From Myxococcota bacterium (lineage in GTDB: Bacteria; Myxococcota_A; SURF-8), in the NCBI GenBank assembly GCA_965140415.1, contig OZ223209.1, positions 256,001 through 320,000 on the forward strand: a stretch of 64,000 nt of DNA, given 5' to 3'. The position numbers were made by a program, and so were the translations under genes. Below are positions 47,026 to 56,321 of the stretch, one piece after another. How positions within the stretch are numbered: the first letter of the stretch is position 1; each line of letters opens with the position of its first letter. The notes beneath the pieces were generated by a model. That model ran no database searches, was not told the DNA's origin, and saw nothing but the letters and a program-made list of their open reading frames with translations.

Positions 47026-48351
47026 CTATGCCGTGGGTTGTGAATCAAAGGGTCCGGAGTTTGTTTTGGGCCAACTCGTGAGGATGCTCGCTCCGCCCTC
47101 GGGGGCGTCTTCGATCCAGATCTTCCCGCCGTGTCGCTGTACGATACGCGATACGATGGCCAGTCCCAGGCCGACGCCGCCCTGCTGGCGCGAACGGCTG
47201 GCCTCAATGCGCGAGAACGGCTCCAATACGCTCTGACGCAAATCGGCGGGAATGCCGGGGCCGTCGTCCCGAATGGAGACAACAACGTGCTCTCCTTCGT
47301 CTTTTACTTCGATCGTGACATGCTTTTCGGCATAGCGTACTGCGTTGCGCAGCAGGTTTTCAATGGCGCGTTCGAAATGGGTGGGAACCGCCGAAATCGT
47401 GTATGATTCCGATTTATCGGGCAATTGCAACGTGATGTTCTTTCCGGGTGGGCAGTGATTTCCTTCAATCTCAGCCAGGACTTCCAAAGAAAAGCACAGA
47501 TCCATTTCCACCGGTTTCAATACGGCGGCATCCGCTTCCACCCAGTCGATCAGCTCCTGTCCCAGTTCGTCCAGCTCGCATAGCTCATCGTCCAGTTGAT
47601 TCAGCCGTTGCCGTTGCGCATCGTCCATCACGAGATTTCGCAGCAGTTCGATGTGAAAGCGCATGCGCGCCAACGGCGTCCCGATTTCATGTGACACCGC
47701 CTGCAACAATTCCTGGCGTTGCTCGAAAAGATCCTTGAGCCGTTTGGCCATGGTGTTCATGCTCTTGGCTAAAAGGCTCAACTCATCCTTTCCGTACGCT
47801 TCAACGCGCGTGTCCAGATTGCCTCTGCTGATATCCTGCACTCCCTTGGTCAGTGCACGTACTCGTCGCCTGAGTGGAACTCCGATCAGGATTCCGACAA
47901 TGACCATACCAAGAAAGAGAAAAGTCAACCAGACGATGGCAATGTGATAGGGGAACGCCGGTGAACGAAAAGGTCCGATGAGCAGGTAATGAGTTCCGCC
48001 GTGCAGCGGCAGATACGCGCGCCCTTTCTCGGGCGGGAAACCGCTTTCGAAATTGAAATCGTCGGGATCAAGCGGTTTTTGCAACTGGGTGGAGGCCTGT
48101 TCGACGGTCAGAATTTCCAGCGGCATATTGAAATGCGGTTGCATTTCTTCCAATAGCGCGGACCATTGCTCGGGGGGCGTCTGTTCCAGTTGAGCCTGTA
48201 CCCAGTAGCCGCCGTATCCAAGAATCAGATTCATAAATTTTTCTGGGAATTCGTCCTCAAGCTGGCTGACAATGATGACCATGACGATGATGGTCGTGGC
48301 CAGGGCAATCACAAGACCGAGAAAGATTTTTTGAAAGAGGTTGGGAATCAT
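47026..48351 (-). CDS. Sensor histidine kinase (HAMP-HisKA-HATPase, RstB/CpxA-like)
   Basis: Two TMs, HAMP, H-box VSHEIGTPLAR, N-box NLLRNAVRY, DDGPGI, GVGLGLAI. Confidence 0.93.
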   Translation of the reverse strand: MIPNLFQKIFLGLVIALATTIIVMVIIVSQLEDEFPEKFMNLILGYGGYWVQAQLEQTPPEQWSALLEEMQPHFNMPLEILTVEQASTQLQKPLDPDDFNFESGFPPEKGRAYLPLHGGTHYLLIGPFRSPAFPYHIAIVWLTFLFLGMVIVGILIGVPLRRRVRALTKGVQDISRGNLDTRVEAYGKDELSLLAKSMNTMAKRLKDLFEQRQELLQAVSHEIGTPLARMRFHIELLRNLVMDDAQRQRLNQLDDELCELDELGQELIDWVEADAAVLKPVEMDLCFSLEVLAEIEGNHCPPGKNITLQLPDKSESYTISAVPTHFERAIENLLRNAVRYAEKHVTIEVKDEGEHVVVSIRDDGPGIPADLRQSVLEPFSRIEASRSRQQGGVGLGLAIVSRIVQRHGGKIWIEDAPEGGASILTSWPKTNSGPFDSQPTA

Positions 48352-49055
48352 CGACGCACCAGCAGATATCCGCTACCGCGAATCGATTTGATGTTTCTGG
48401 GATCGTAGCCGACCGCCTGTAGCTTGCGCCGAATCCGAGAAATATGAATGTCGATGCCGCGATCCAGGCCGTCGTAGGCGGCCCCCATAATATCGTTGTA
48501 AAGTTCGTCCCGGGTCACCACTTCCCCCGCCTGACGAGCCAGCAGCCAGAGAATGTCGAACTCGATACCGGTCAAGTCCACCAGATGTTCATTGATGCGC
48601 AATTCGCGCGATTGCCGGTCGATCACGAAACCGCTGATTTCGATCCGTTTGGGATTTGGCATTTTCTGCGAGCCCTGGTCGTCACATGGGTGCACACGGC
48701 GCAGAAGGCTGCGCAGGCGCGCCAACAATAAACGCGGTTCGACCGGTTTGGTGACGTAATCATCCGCGCCGGATTCCAGCCCGACGACTTGATCGATTTC
48801 GGTTTTATTGGCGGTTAAAATCAGGATGCCGCCCTGGTACTCGCGCCGCACCCGCCGACAGACCTCAAATCCGTCGATACCCGGCAATTTCAGATCCAAT
48901 ACTACCAGATCTGGGTTTTTACTGAAAATATGTTCCACCGCCCTTTCTCCGTGACTCTCCACAGACACGTTGAAATGACTGGCGCTTAGATATTCTTCCA
49001 GTAATGCGGCCAGTTTGGCGTCGTCTTCGACAATTAAAATGCTGCTGGAATTCAC
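48348..49055 (-). CDS. OmpR-family response regulator (RstA-like)
   Basis: ILIVEDD, LDLKLPG, GADDYVTKP, winged helix DRGIDIHISRIRRKL...IRGSGY. GTG start at 49055 has RBS AAGGA; the alternative start is 49091. Confidence 0.93.
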   Translation of the reverse strand: MNSSSILIVEDDAKLAALLEEYLSASHFNVSVESHGERAVEHIFSKNPDLVVLDLKLPGIDGFEVCRRVRREYQGGILILTANKTEIDQVVGLESGADDYVTKPVEPRLLLARLRSLLRRVHPCDDQGSQKMPNPKRIEISGFVIDRQSRELRINEHLVDLTGIEFDILWLLARQAGEVVTRDELYNDIMGAAYDGLDRGIDIHISRIRRKLQAVGYDPRNIKSIRGSGYLLVRR

Positions 49056-49200
49056 GAGTTGGTCCTTGCTGTTAATGGAATCATTCCACATAACCCCAAT
49101 TCATTTATCCTAACAAAGGCAACGTGAAAGATCCATGGCAGAAATGCTGAGAAACGTTACGTGGCACAATGATATTCCTAACAAAGACATACAAAATCCC

Positions 49201-49239
49201 TTTACACAATCTTAACATTATCTTAACATTACGCTAACA
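49201..49239 (+). promoter_or_regulatory. Pho-box-like / OmpR-family binding array
   Basis: TTTACA-N5-TTAACA-N5-TTAACA-N5-CTAACA with exact 11-bp period, upstream of a phosphatase gene. Confidence 0.6.
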
Positions 49240-49332
49240 AAACGGGTTGGAGCACCCGTGGATGAGGGATGTCCATTCCTGAGTTGTACACCCTTCAAGA
49301 ATAAAATCATGTTGGAAATCAAGAGGTTGCAT

Positions 49333-50634
49333 ATGAAACGTTCACAGGCGCTGTTGGCTTTGGTTGTAATGGTCTGGCTGTCACTGTTCTTGTTTGCCTG
49401 CAATGAGGATGATTCAACGCCGGATGGCGATACGGATTTCACGGAAGATGCGGAAGCGATCGATGGCGATCTGGAAGCGGAACAGGAAGAGATTCAGCCC
49501 AATCCCAATGATGAATTGGCCAAACTGACGATACACCCTTACATTCAGCGCGTGTCGGAACGCGAAATCACCATCGCCTGGGAAACGGATTTAGAAGCCT
49601 CCAGTCGGGTGGAAATCACACCGCCGGAGGGCGACCCCTTCGAAGTACGTGGGGAAACCTTTAAAATCGAAATCCGCGACGATCTCGACCTGGTGCGCAT
49701 GGATGCTCCCGAAGGCTTCCAGCACGTTGTTGTCGTCAAAGAGCTGGAACCATCTACCAATTACGATTACCGCGTGGTCTCTTTGGAGGAAGCTTCCGAA
49801 AGCTACAACGTTCATACCGCGCCTGCACCGGGCGAACCGCTGCGTTTCGTCGCCTACGGTGATAACCGCACCAACCCCGACATTCACGCAGAAGTTGCCG
49901 ACGCCATTGCCGCGCAAACTCCCGATCTGGTGCTGAATACCGGGGATCTCGTCGAGACCGGCTTTGCGCTGGACGAGTGGCTGGAATTCTTCGAGGCGGC
50001 TACATATGCCTCCTCCGCGCCGACACTTCCCGCCGTTGGCAATCATGAAGCGTTTGGTGGCTTCTCCCTGTTCGCCGGGTATTTCTCCAGTTTCTTCGAG
50101 AACATGAACATGGACGTCCCCCTGGCGACGACCTACCGCTACGGTGGTTTGTGGATTCTGGTGCTCAACTCCCAGTTGAACATCGAAGATGGCACCGATC
50201 TGCGCAAATTCGCGGAAGAAAAACTGAAGGAAGCCGATAACGATCCGGGAATTGAGTTTCGTTTCGTGATGCACCATATTCCGCCGTATACCTGGTCCAA
50301 TCACAGTTCCGAGGATTTCGTTTCTCTGGAAGGTCGGGAACAGTTGCACGCACTGTATAAAAAGCACAAGGTCATGGCGGTACTGAACGGTCACAACCAC
50401 TGCTACGAGCATTTCGAACGCGAAGGCATCCATTATCTGGTGCTGGGTGGTGGCGGCGCGCCGTTGTACTCGGCGGATAGCAATGCTATCGAAGAGGAGC
50501 GCCCCTTCCGCGTGATGGGCAAGAAGGCCAACCATTACGCCCTGTTCGAAAGCCGACAAGATGGCTTCCAGGTCAGCATCAAAGAAATTCCCGGTGATCT
50601 GGAAATCGAGAACTTCCTGATTCACAAACCGTAA
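49333..50634 (+). CDS. Purple acid phosphatase-like metallophosphoesterase lipoprotein (FN3 + Metallophos)
   Basis: Lipobox LFAC; YGDNR, TGDLV, GNHE, MHH.PPY, GHNHCYE; RBS GAGG. Confidence 0.9.
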   Translation: MKRSQALLALVVMVWLSLFLFACNEDDSTPDGDTDFTEDAEAIDGDLEAEQEEIQPNPNDELAKLTIHPYIQRVSEREITIAWETDLEASSRVEITPPEGDPFEVRGETFKIEIRDDLDLVRMDAPEGFQHVVVVKELEPSTNYDYRVVSLEEASESYNVHTAPAPGEPLRFVAYGDNRTNPDIHAEVADAIAAQTPDLVLNTGDLVETGFALDEWLEFFEAATYASSAPTLPAVGNHEAFGGFSLFAGYFSSFFENMNMDVPLATTYRYGGLWILVLNSQLNIEDGTDLRKFAEEKLKEADNDPGIEFRFVMHHIPPYTWSNHSSEDFVSLEGREQLHALYKKHKVMAVLNGHNHCYEHFEREGIHYLVLGGGGAPLYSADSNAIEEERPFRVMGKKANHYALFESRQDGFQVSIKEIPGDLEIENFLIHKP

Positions 50635-50656
50635 AAGCAGAGGTCTTTTGGGTATT

Positions 50657-50688
50657 GTAGCGGCGCGGGAGGTTTTCCTCTCGCGCCG
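50657..50688 (+). repeat. GTAG-led hairpin (REP-like; possibly acts as a terminator)
   Basis: GTAG-CGGCGCGGGAGG-TTTT-CCTCTCGCGCCG, 22 nt after the phosphatase stop. Confidence 0.55.
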
Positions 50689-50854
50689 TTTGTGGTTATG
50701 GGATTAAGTAACCTGAGTAAGATGGGCAACTGTTTTGCCTGGATCATACGGGATTACAATCCCGCTCGTAACGTTTCGGAATCAGGATACAATCCGGATG
50801 CATCGTAGGGTAATTGCGCTTCAGGACAGGCTTTCTCCCCGACATCAATTGGCT

Positions 50855-52099
50855 CTAAAATTCCCGGGAGGATTTGTAGCGTCCGAACAACGCTTTCAAA
50901 TCGATGGTCTTATAGGGACCATCGGTGGCGGGTCGGGATTCCATGGAAAGATACAGCTTTTTCGTGACCGGCTCGAAAATCATGGCCTGCAAGGTCAACC
51001 GATCCAGATGGACTCCGGCCAGTACCGCCTGCATGTCTTCGAGTGTCAATAAACTCGTGCTGGTGGATTTTGCGCTCTGGCGCAGGTGCAGAAAGCGCTC
51101 GTCTTCCTTGCGGTTCTTCCAGCTTTTACTTACGAAATAATTCGTGGCGTACAACGCATCCTGCACCGGATAGCGAAAGCGGGTGAAGTTGGGAGAAACT
51201 TCGCCGATGGTCGCCCGCCCGCGCCGATCCACCATCGTCAGGTTGATCGAACTGGCAGGACCGTTATTGCCCAAGATCTGCAAGGCGGCGTCCAGGGTTT
51301 CCGCTTCTTCCAGTATGCGTCGCACGAGCAACGTCACGGGATAGCCGCCGGGGATCTGATTGCCGGTGTAGGAAATATTCATCGTGACCGCCAGCCCGGC
51401 GGCATTCATACCACTGACGACACCCACCATTCCCGGCCAGCCGATGGCCACGAATGGAACTTTCCCGCTCTTGCGCACGTGCAGCAGCAGGTCATAGCGC
51501 CCAGCCAACCCATATGCAGGAAAATCGAGCGTGCGGCCAAGCAATGGAACGGTTTGTTGAGTTCGCCCGGCACCCACGAAAAAGGTAGAGCAGAGCGCGG
51601 AAGGATCGAGATCCAGAAAGCTGTTGGCCAGCAGTATGTCGTCGTAGGACACCTCGGCGGCGTCCGCCAGGGCGTGCATTTCGGCCAGTACATCGTGTGG
51701 CAATGACGCCTCGAAGGTTTTCGCCGTTTCCCGCGCATGTTGCAGGCGCGCTTCGTCCAATTCGAAATAGCGTGGCAGGTAGGCATTCACCAGAATGCGC
51801 ACCTGCTCGCCCAATAATCGCCCATGCGCTTCTCCCAAAGCACCGGCATCGCCCCAGAAGGTTGCAATAGGCAGACCCTGCAAACGTTCCAACTTGCCGC
51901 CGGGCGCTTCGGCGTTTTCTTCGTAGCCGCGCGGGATGGGATCTAACACCACATACGGCGAATACGGAAGCAGAGTCACGAACTGTGTAAGCAGTACAGC
52001 TATGACCGCGTGCAGAACAAGCAGTGCCAAAACGATACGCCAGCGGCGCAGCAGATAGCGATAAAGTGCTTTCATGAGACTCCGTGGGGTTTCATTCAA
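50855..52099 (-). CDS. C45 family autoproteolytic acyltransferase/hydrolase (Ntn-hydrolase)
   Basis: GEAHGRLL, nucleophile motif LCSTF, GRTLDF, WPGMVGVVSGMNAAGL, ATNYF. Confidence 0.85.
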   Translation of the reverse strand: MNETPRSLMKALYRYLLRRWRIVLALLVLHAVIAVLLTQFVTLLPYSPYVVLDPIPRGYEENAEAPGGKLERLQGLPIATFWGDAGALGEAHGRLLGEQVRILVNAYLPRYFELDEARLQHARETAKTFEASLPHDVLAEMHALADAAEVSYDDILLANSFLDLDPSALCSTFFVGAGRTQQTVPLLGRTLDFPAYGLAGRYDLLLHVRKSGKVPFVAIGWPGMVGVVSGMNAAGLAVTMNISYTGNQIPGGYPVTLLVRRILEEAETLDAALQILGNNGPASSINLTMVDRRGRATIGEVSPNFTRFRYPVQDALYATNYFVSKSWKNRKEDERFLHLRQSAKSTSTSLLTLEDMQAVLAGVHLDRLTLQAMIFEPVTKKLYLSMESRPATDGPYKTIDLKALFGRYKSSREF

Positions 52100-52944
52100 C
52101 CTTCATACAACAAAACGTTATCGATCAGCCGAACCGGACCGAAATGTGCGGCGACCGCCATCACTGCGGGTCGATCCAACTGCACAAGCGCGTTCAGATC
52201 GTCTGTGGAAACAATTTGGACGTAGTCGATCTTTCCCGAACCAGCCTGTTGAATCTTTTCGCTTACTTCCGCGATCAGTTTTTCGACATCCCGCTCCCCG
52301 GCCTGCACTGCGTCTTTGGCCGCGAACAACGCCTGTGAAATCACCACGGCGCGGCGGCGATCGTCTTCGGACAAGCGCGCGTTGCGGGAACTCATGGCCA
52401 GACCGTCGGCCTCACGCACGGTGGGAAAACCGATCACTTCGATATCGAAGTCCAGATCGCGCACCATGCGGCGGATGATCGCCAACTGCTGGAAATCCTT
52501 GGCTCCGAAAACGGTGTGAGTGGGTTGCACGACATTGAACAGTTTCGTGACCACCGTGGCGACACCGCGAAAATGTCCGGGGCGCGTCGTTCCGCAGAGT
52601 TCGCGCTCCAAATCTTTCAATTGAACGTAGCTCGCGTATCCCGGCGGGTACATTTCTTCTGCGGAGGGGTAATAGACCACCTCGCAGCCTTCATCGCGGC
52701 ACTTTTGCAGATCGCCTTCTTCGTCGCGCGGGTATTTCTCCAGATCGCTGGGATCGTTGAACTGCGCCGGATTGACGAAAATCGAAACCACCAGCTTTTC
52801 CGCGTGGCGGTTGGATTCACGCATCAACTCCAAATGGCCTTCGTGCAAGTAGCCCATAGTGGGAACGAATCCGATAGTATGGCCCGCCATTCGCTGCTGG
52901 GTGGACCAGTCGCGCATCTGCTTAACGTGTCGAATGATCTGCAT
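52096..52944 (-). CDS. panC: Pantoate--beta-alanine ligase
   Basis: FVPTMGYLHEGH, SIFVNPAQF, RPGHFRGVATVV, FGAKDFQQ, GLAMSSRN, RLIDN. Confidence 0.98.
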   Translation of the reverse strand: MQIIRHVKQMRDWSTQQRMAGHTIGFVPTMGYLHEGHLELMRESNRHAEKLVVSIFVNPAQFNDPSDLEKYPRDEEGDLQKCRDEGCEVVYYPSAEEMYPPGYASYVQLKDLERELCGTTRPGHFRGVATVVTKLFNVVQPTHTVFGAKDFQQLAIIRRMVRDLDFDIEVIGFPTVREADGLAMSSRNARLSEDDRRRAVVISQALFAAKDAVQAGERDVEKLIAEVSEKIQQAGSGKIDYVQIVSTDDLNALVQLDRPAVMAVAAHFGPVRLIDNVLLYEG

Positions 52945-53004
52945 GGTCGTTTCCTGTTATCGGTAAAGGGCCGCCCGTCGCGTTACCAAAGACGGCGGCA
53001 GGGA

Positions 53005-53679
53005 TCAATCGTTTTTACGGGGTCGTAACGGAAGATTGGTTTGCGGGCTGAAGTGATGCACTCCGCCCTTGATCGACTGGATTTTCTCGTATAATTCCAC
53101 AAAGTCTTCCGCCTGCTCCACGAAATCGATCTGTTCGGTGTTCACCATCAACAGCGGCGTTTCGCGATAGCTGAAGAAATAGTTGTTGTAGGCATTGACC
53201 ACCCCCTCCAGGTAATGAGGGGTCATCGACGATTCATACTTCTTGCCGCGCTTGTTGACCCGTTCGATCAGACGTTCCACCGAGGCGTACAGGTACACCA
53301 CCAGATCCGGTTGAACCGGCGCTTCCTCGTTGACGACATGCTCGTAAAGCCGGTTGTACAGTTTCAACTCGGCGGCAGAGAGCGTCAATTCCGCGAACAA
53401 GCGATCCTTTTCGAACAGGTAATCGGAGACGGTGTTTTCGTGGAACAGATCGGGTTGAAAGAGTTCCTGCTGCTGTTTCCAGCGAGAAAGCAGAAAGAAA
53501 ACCTGGGTTTGGAACGCACGCTGTTTGATGTTACCGTAATAATCGTGCAGGAACGGATTTTCCTCCACGTTTTCCATCACCATGCGCGCATCGAGCTTGG
53601 CCGCCAGCATTTCCGCCAACGTACTCTTACCCACCCCGATGGGGCCTTCGACCACAATGTATTTCGGCTTGTTCGCCAC
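53005..53679 (-). CDS. Deoxynucleoside kinase
   Basis: EGPIGVGKSTL, ENPFL..YY, AFQTQVFFLLSR, SDYLFEKDRLFA, PDLVVYL. Confidence 0.93.
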   Translation of the reverse strand: MANKPKYIVVEGPIGVGKSTLAEMLAAKLDARMVMENVEENPFLHDYYGNIKQRAFQTQVFFLLSRWKQQQELFQPDLFHENTVSDYLFEKDRLFAELTLSAAELKLYNRLYEHVVNEEAPVQPDLVVYLYASVERLIERVNKRGKKYESSMTPHYLEGVVNAYNNYFFSYRETPLLMVNTEQIDFVEQAEDFVELYEKIQSIKGGVHHFSPQTNLPLRPRKND

Positions 53680-53779
53680 CGTTTACCCCGTATCAAAAAC
53701 GTTGACAGTAGTATACCCAAACCGCCCGGCTTGTAAATGAACTTTCGGCAGCCTTTTTTACCGCTGGACGAGGCGGAAA

Positions 53780-55309
53780 TCAGGCCGGCTCGGCGTCTTT
53801 ATCCTGCGGATCGTCCGGCGAATCTTCGTCGTGATCGGAAAGCACTTCAACACCTTCTCCGCCCTGAATCACCTTTTTCAGCAGCAAGATCAAAATCGGC
53901 GACGAAATCGTCATCAAGCCGATAATGTACCACATTATCTCGCCCTGACAGACGTGATGCGCCACCTCTCCATCGCACATCCAGCGCACGACTTCCCCGG
54001 TGCATTCTCCATTGACCATCTCGCCCAGGCAGTGGTTTTCAAGCACCGTTCCCTTGCAATCCGGCGTTTGCGGGCAGTAGCCGTTCAGCATATAACCACT
54101 GACGCCACCGACCATCAACTTGGCAATAAACATCGGTGCCGCGGAAAGCGCCATGTAGGAACCTTCTCTTCCCTTTGGCGCGATCATGGCCGTGTATTCA
54201 TACAGGCGCGGTGACCAGAACGCCTCGCCGATACTGAGCAGCACCACAAAACCGATGGCGGCCCAATACGGAGTGATCGAATCCAGAATGGGAATGGAAC
54301 CGATACACAGGAAAAAGACCGACAGGCCCGAGACAATGGTGCCCCAGACAATCATTTTGAAGGCCGGAACCTTTGCCGTAAGGGCGGTGACAATCGGGAC
54401 GATAAAGATAATAAGGAATGGATTGATGCCGATAATGGTTCCCCAGGGCGCATCGAAACCGAAGGTGCGTTCCATGTATTTGGGGAAGGTGGCGTCCATA
54501 TGACGGAAGATGAAGCGAACGCCGATCAATAACACGATGAACAGCAGAAAACGCCAGAAACGCGACGTGCTGGCGATTTCCCACATGATTTGCCAGGGCG
54601 TACCGGTTTTCGGCTTGAATTTCTGAGCCGCACCTTCCTGAGACACATCGATTTCACGAATGAAGAAGACGGAGACAATCAACATCAATAACGTGGCGAT
54701 AGTGCCTGAAAGCAGCAGCAGGCGATAAGGCGTCAGATGCACCATGCTCCACATACCGAAGAAGTTGGTGTCGATACCTTCGCGGAAACCTTCGCGGAAG
54801 CCATCTACCGCCGGAGCCGCCACCAGCGCGGCCACGTTCATCATGACGTAAAACAGCGAAAATCCGAAGGAACGGTTGCTGTCGTTGGTATAACGCCGGA
54901 TACCGGTCATCATAACGGGAATGCCAAGCGCAGTTCCCAATGGCAGCGCGGAATACAACATCGCCGACATCACGTAAGTGTTTGTAGTGACAGTCAAAAT
55001 GAATCGACTCGCCAGCAGGATCACCGAACCCAGGATCATCGATTTGCGCACGCCGAGATTGTCGATAACGAAACCGATCAACAGACCGTACACGGAAATC
55101 AGCATGCCGAACAGGCCATAGGCCCAGCCCGCTTCTACATCGGTAAAGCCGAATTCCTTGGACAGGTACATCACCAGCACGTAGGACATCGAAAAGTAGG
55201 CGTAGCTCTCCAGAAACTTCAGACCGTAAACGATCCACAGCTCGCGCGGCGCGCCCTTGAGTACGGCAAAACGTTGAAAGAAGGGTACTTTTTCTTCAGC
55301 AGCGGCCAT
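53780..55309 (-). CDS. MFS transporter, POT/PTR peptide-transporter-like
   Basis: KFLESYAYFS, GFSLFYVMMNV, INPFLII, SIGEAFWSPRLYEY...APKGREGSYM; 12 TMs. Confidence 0.85.
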   Translation of the reverse strand: MAAAEEKVPFFQRFAVLKGAPRELWIVYGLKFLESYAYFSMSYVLVMYLSKEFGFTDVEAGWAYGLFGMLISVYGLLIGFVIDNLGVRKSMILGSVILLASRFILTVTTNTYVMSAMLYSALPLGTALGIPVMMTGIRRYTNDSNRSFGFSLFYVMMNVAALVAAPAVDGFREGFREGIDTNFFGMWSMVHLTPYRLLLLSGTIATLLMLIVSVFFIREIDVSQEGAAQKFKPKTGTPWQIMWEIASTSRFWRFLLFIVLLIGVRFIFRHMDATFPKYMERTFGFDAPWGTIIGINPFLIIFIVPIVTALTAKVPAFKMIVWGTIVSGLSVFFLCIGSIPILDSITPYWAAIGFVVLLSIGEAFWSPRLYEYTAMIAPKGREGSYMALSAAPMFIAKLMVGGVSGYMLNGYCPQTPDCKGTVLENHCLGEMVNGECTGEVVRWMCDGEVAHHVCQGEIMWYIIGLMTISSPILILLLKKVIQGGEGVEVLSDHDEDSPDDPQDKDAEPA

Positions 55310-55438
55310 GATCGTCACCTGTTGGGTTGGGGGTTGTCCTCCACTCGACTCTGCAAAAAATTCACTTTAGAATCCCATAGAAATGTGTCTGTAGTCATAT
55401 CTCGGAACCGGGTTTGGGGTCAAGCGTTTTCGGGGGAA

Positions 55439-55463
55439 TGGCGGGTTGACGCCTCGCCGCTAC
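55439..55463 (-). repeat. Single GTAG-type REP
   Basis: Minus strand GTAGCGGCGAGGCGTCAACCCGCCA, nearly identical to the 20050-20074 unit. Confidence 0.7.
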
Positions 55464-55508
55464 AGACAACATCAATGGTAATGATTGAGAACTTACGAGA
55501 AATTTCTC

Positions 55509-56075
55509 TTAACTGTTAGAGGATAACAGCTTTTCACGCACCTGGGCGCGGCTACGCTTCAATCGGGATTTGACAGCGTCCTCGCTCAAATTGAAATGCT
55601 CGGCGAGTTGCCGGATGGATTCGTCCATGCCTTCATGACGAAACAGCAGTTCCCGGTTCACGCCCTCCAGCTTGTCGAGAGCTTCGTGTAAGCGCTCTCC
55701 CTGCTCACCCAGGATCAAGGATTCTTCCTGGTTCTGATCGCCGTTGTCTAAAAGAGATTCCTCCATGGAATAGTGCAGATTGGGATCGTTTATCTTGCCG
55801 CGCCGAACGCGCGCGCAGGAAGAGATCACGATTTTTTTCAGCCAGGCTTCCAAAGGCGCCTCACCCCGGTAGCCTCCAAGCGAGGTCATCATGGTCAACA
55901 TCGTTTCCTGCAACGAATCCTGAGCCAGTTCATTATCTCGGCAGCGAGCCAGGGCAAAGTTGGAAAGTTGCCGGTGAAAACAGTGGGCTACCTGTTCGAT
56001 CAATGATTGGTCCGGCTCCGTTTCCCGCAATAACGTTGCGAAATCCGGACATTTATTATCTCGATTCGAACTCAT
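55509..56075 (-). CDS. ECF RNA polymerase sigma factor
   Basis: Region 2 AQDSLQET...YRGEAPLEAWLKKI; region 4 LAEHFNLSEDAVKSRLKRSR. Start reassigned to MSSNRD (RBS AAGGA). Confidence 0.88.
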   Translation of the reverse strand: MSSNRDNKCPDFATLLRETEPDQSLIEQVAHCFHRQLSNFALARCRDNELAQDSLQETMLTMMTSLGGYRGEAPLEAWLKKIVISSCARVRRGKINDPNLHYSMEESLLDNGDQNQEESLILGEQGERLHEALDKLEGVNRELLFRHEGMDESIRQLAEHFNLSEDAVKSRLKRSRAQVREKLLSSNS

Positions 56076-56321
56076 TCGACTTTCCTTTGAAAACGACTTC
56101 GCACCCTGCATAGCACGAAGCTCGACAGGAGGCAAGAGACAGCATCGCTGAAAACCGGTAAGACGAGCTTTTGTCAAATTCTTCTCAAAGGCCTGTGAAA
56201 CTCCAAGTCACTTTTTTACATTTTCTGCGACACCAATTCGATCCGAACTGGCTCCTGTTAAGGCGGAAGCAAAGTCACACAGTCCGCAGCACAATTAGCA
56301 AATTATCCGGGAGACAACGGA

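Noticed and set aside
52944-53005. Absence of panB between the deoxynucleoside kinase gene and panC
   Set aside because: Gene-order variation here is ordinary, and panB may lie elsewhere in the genome.
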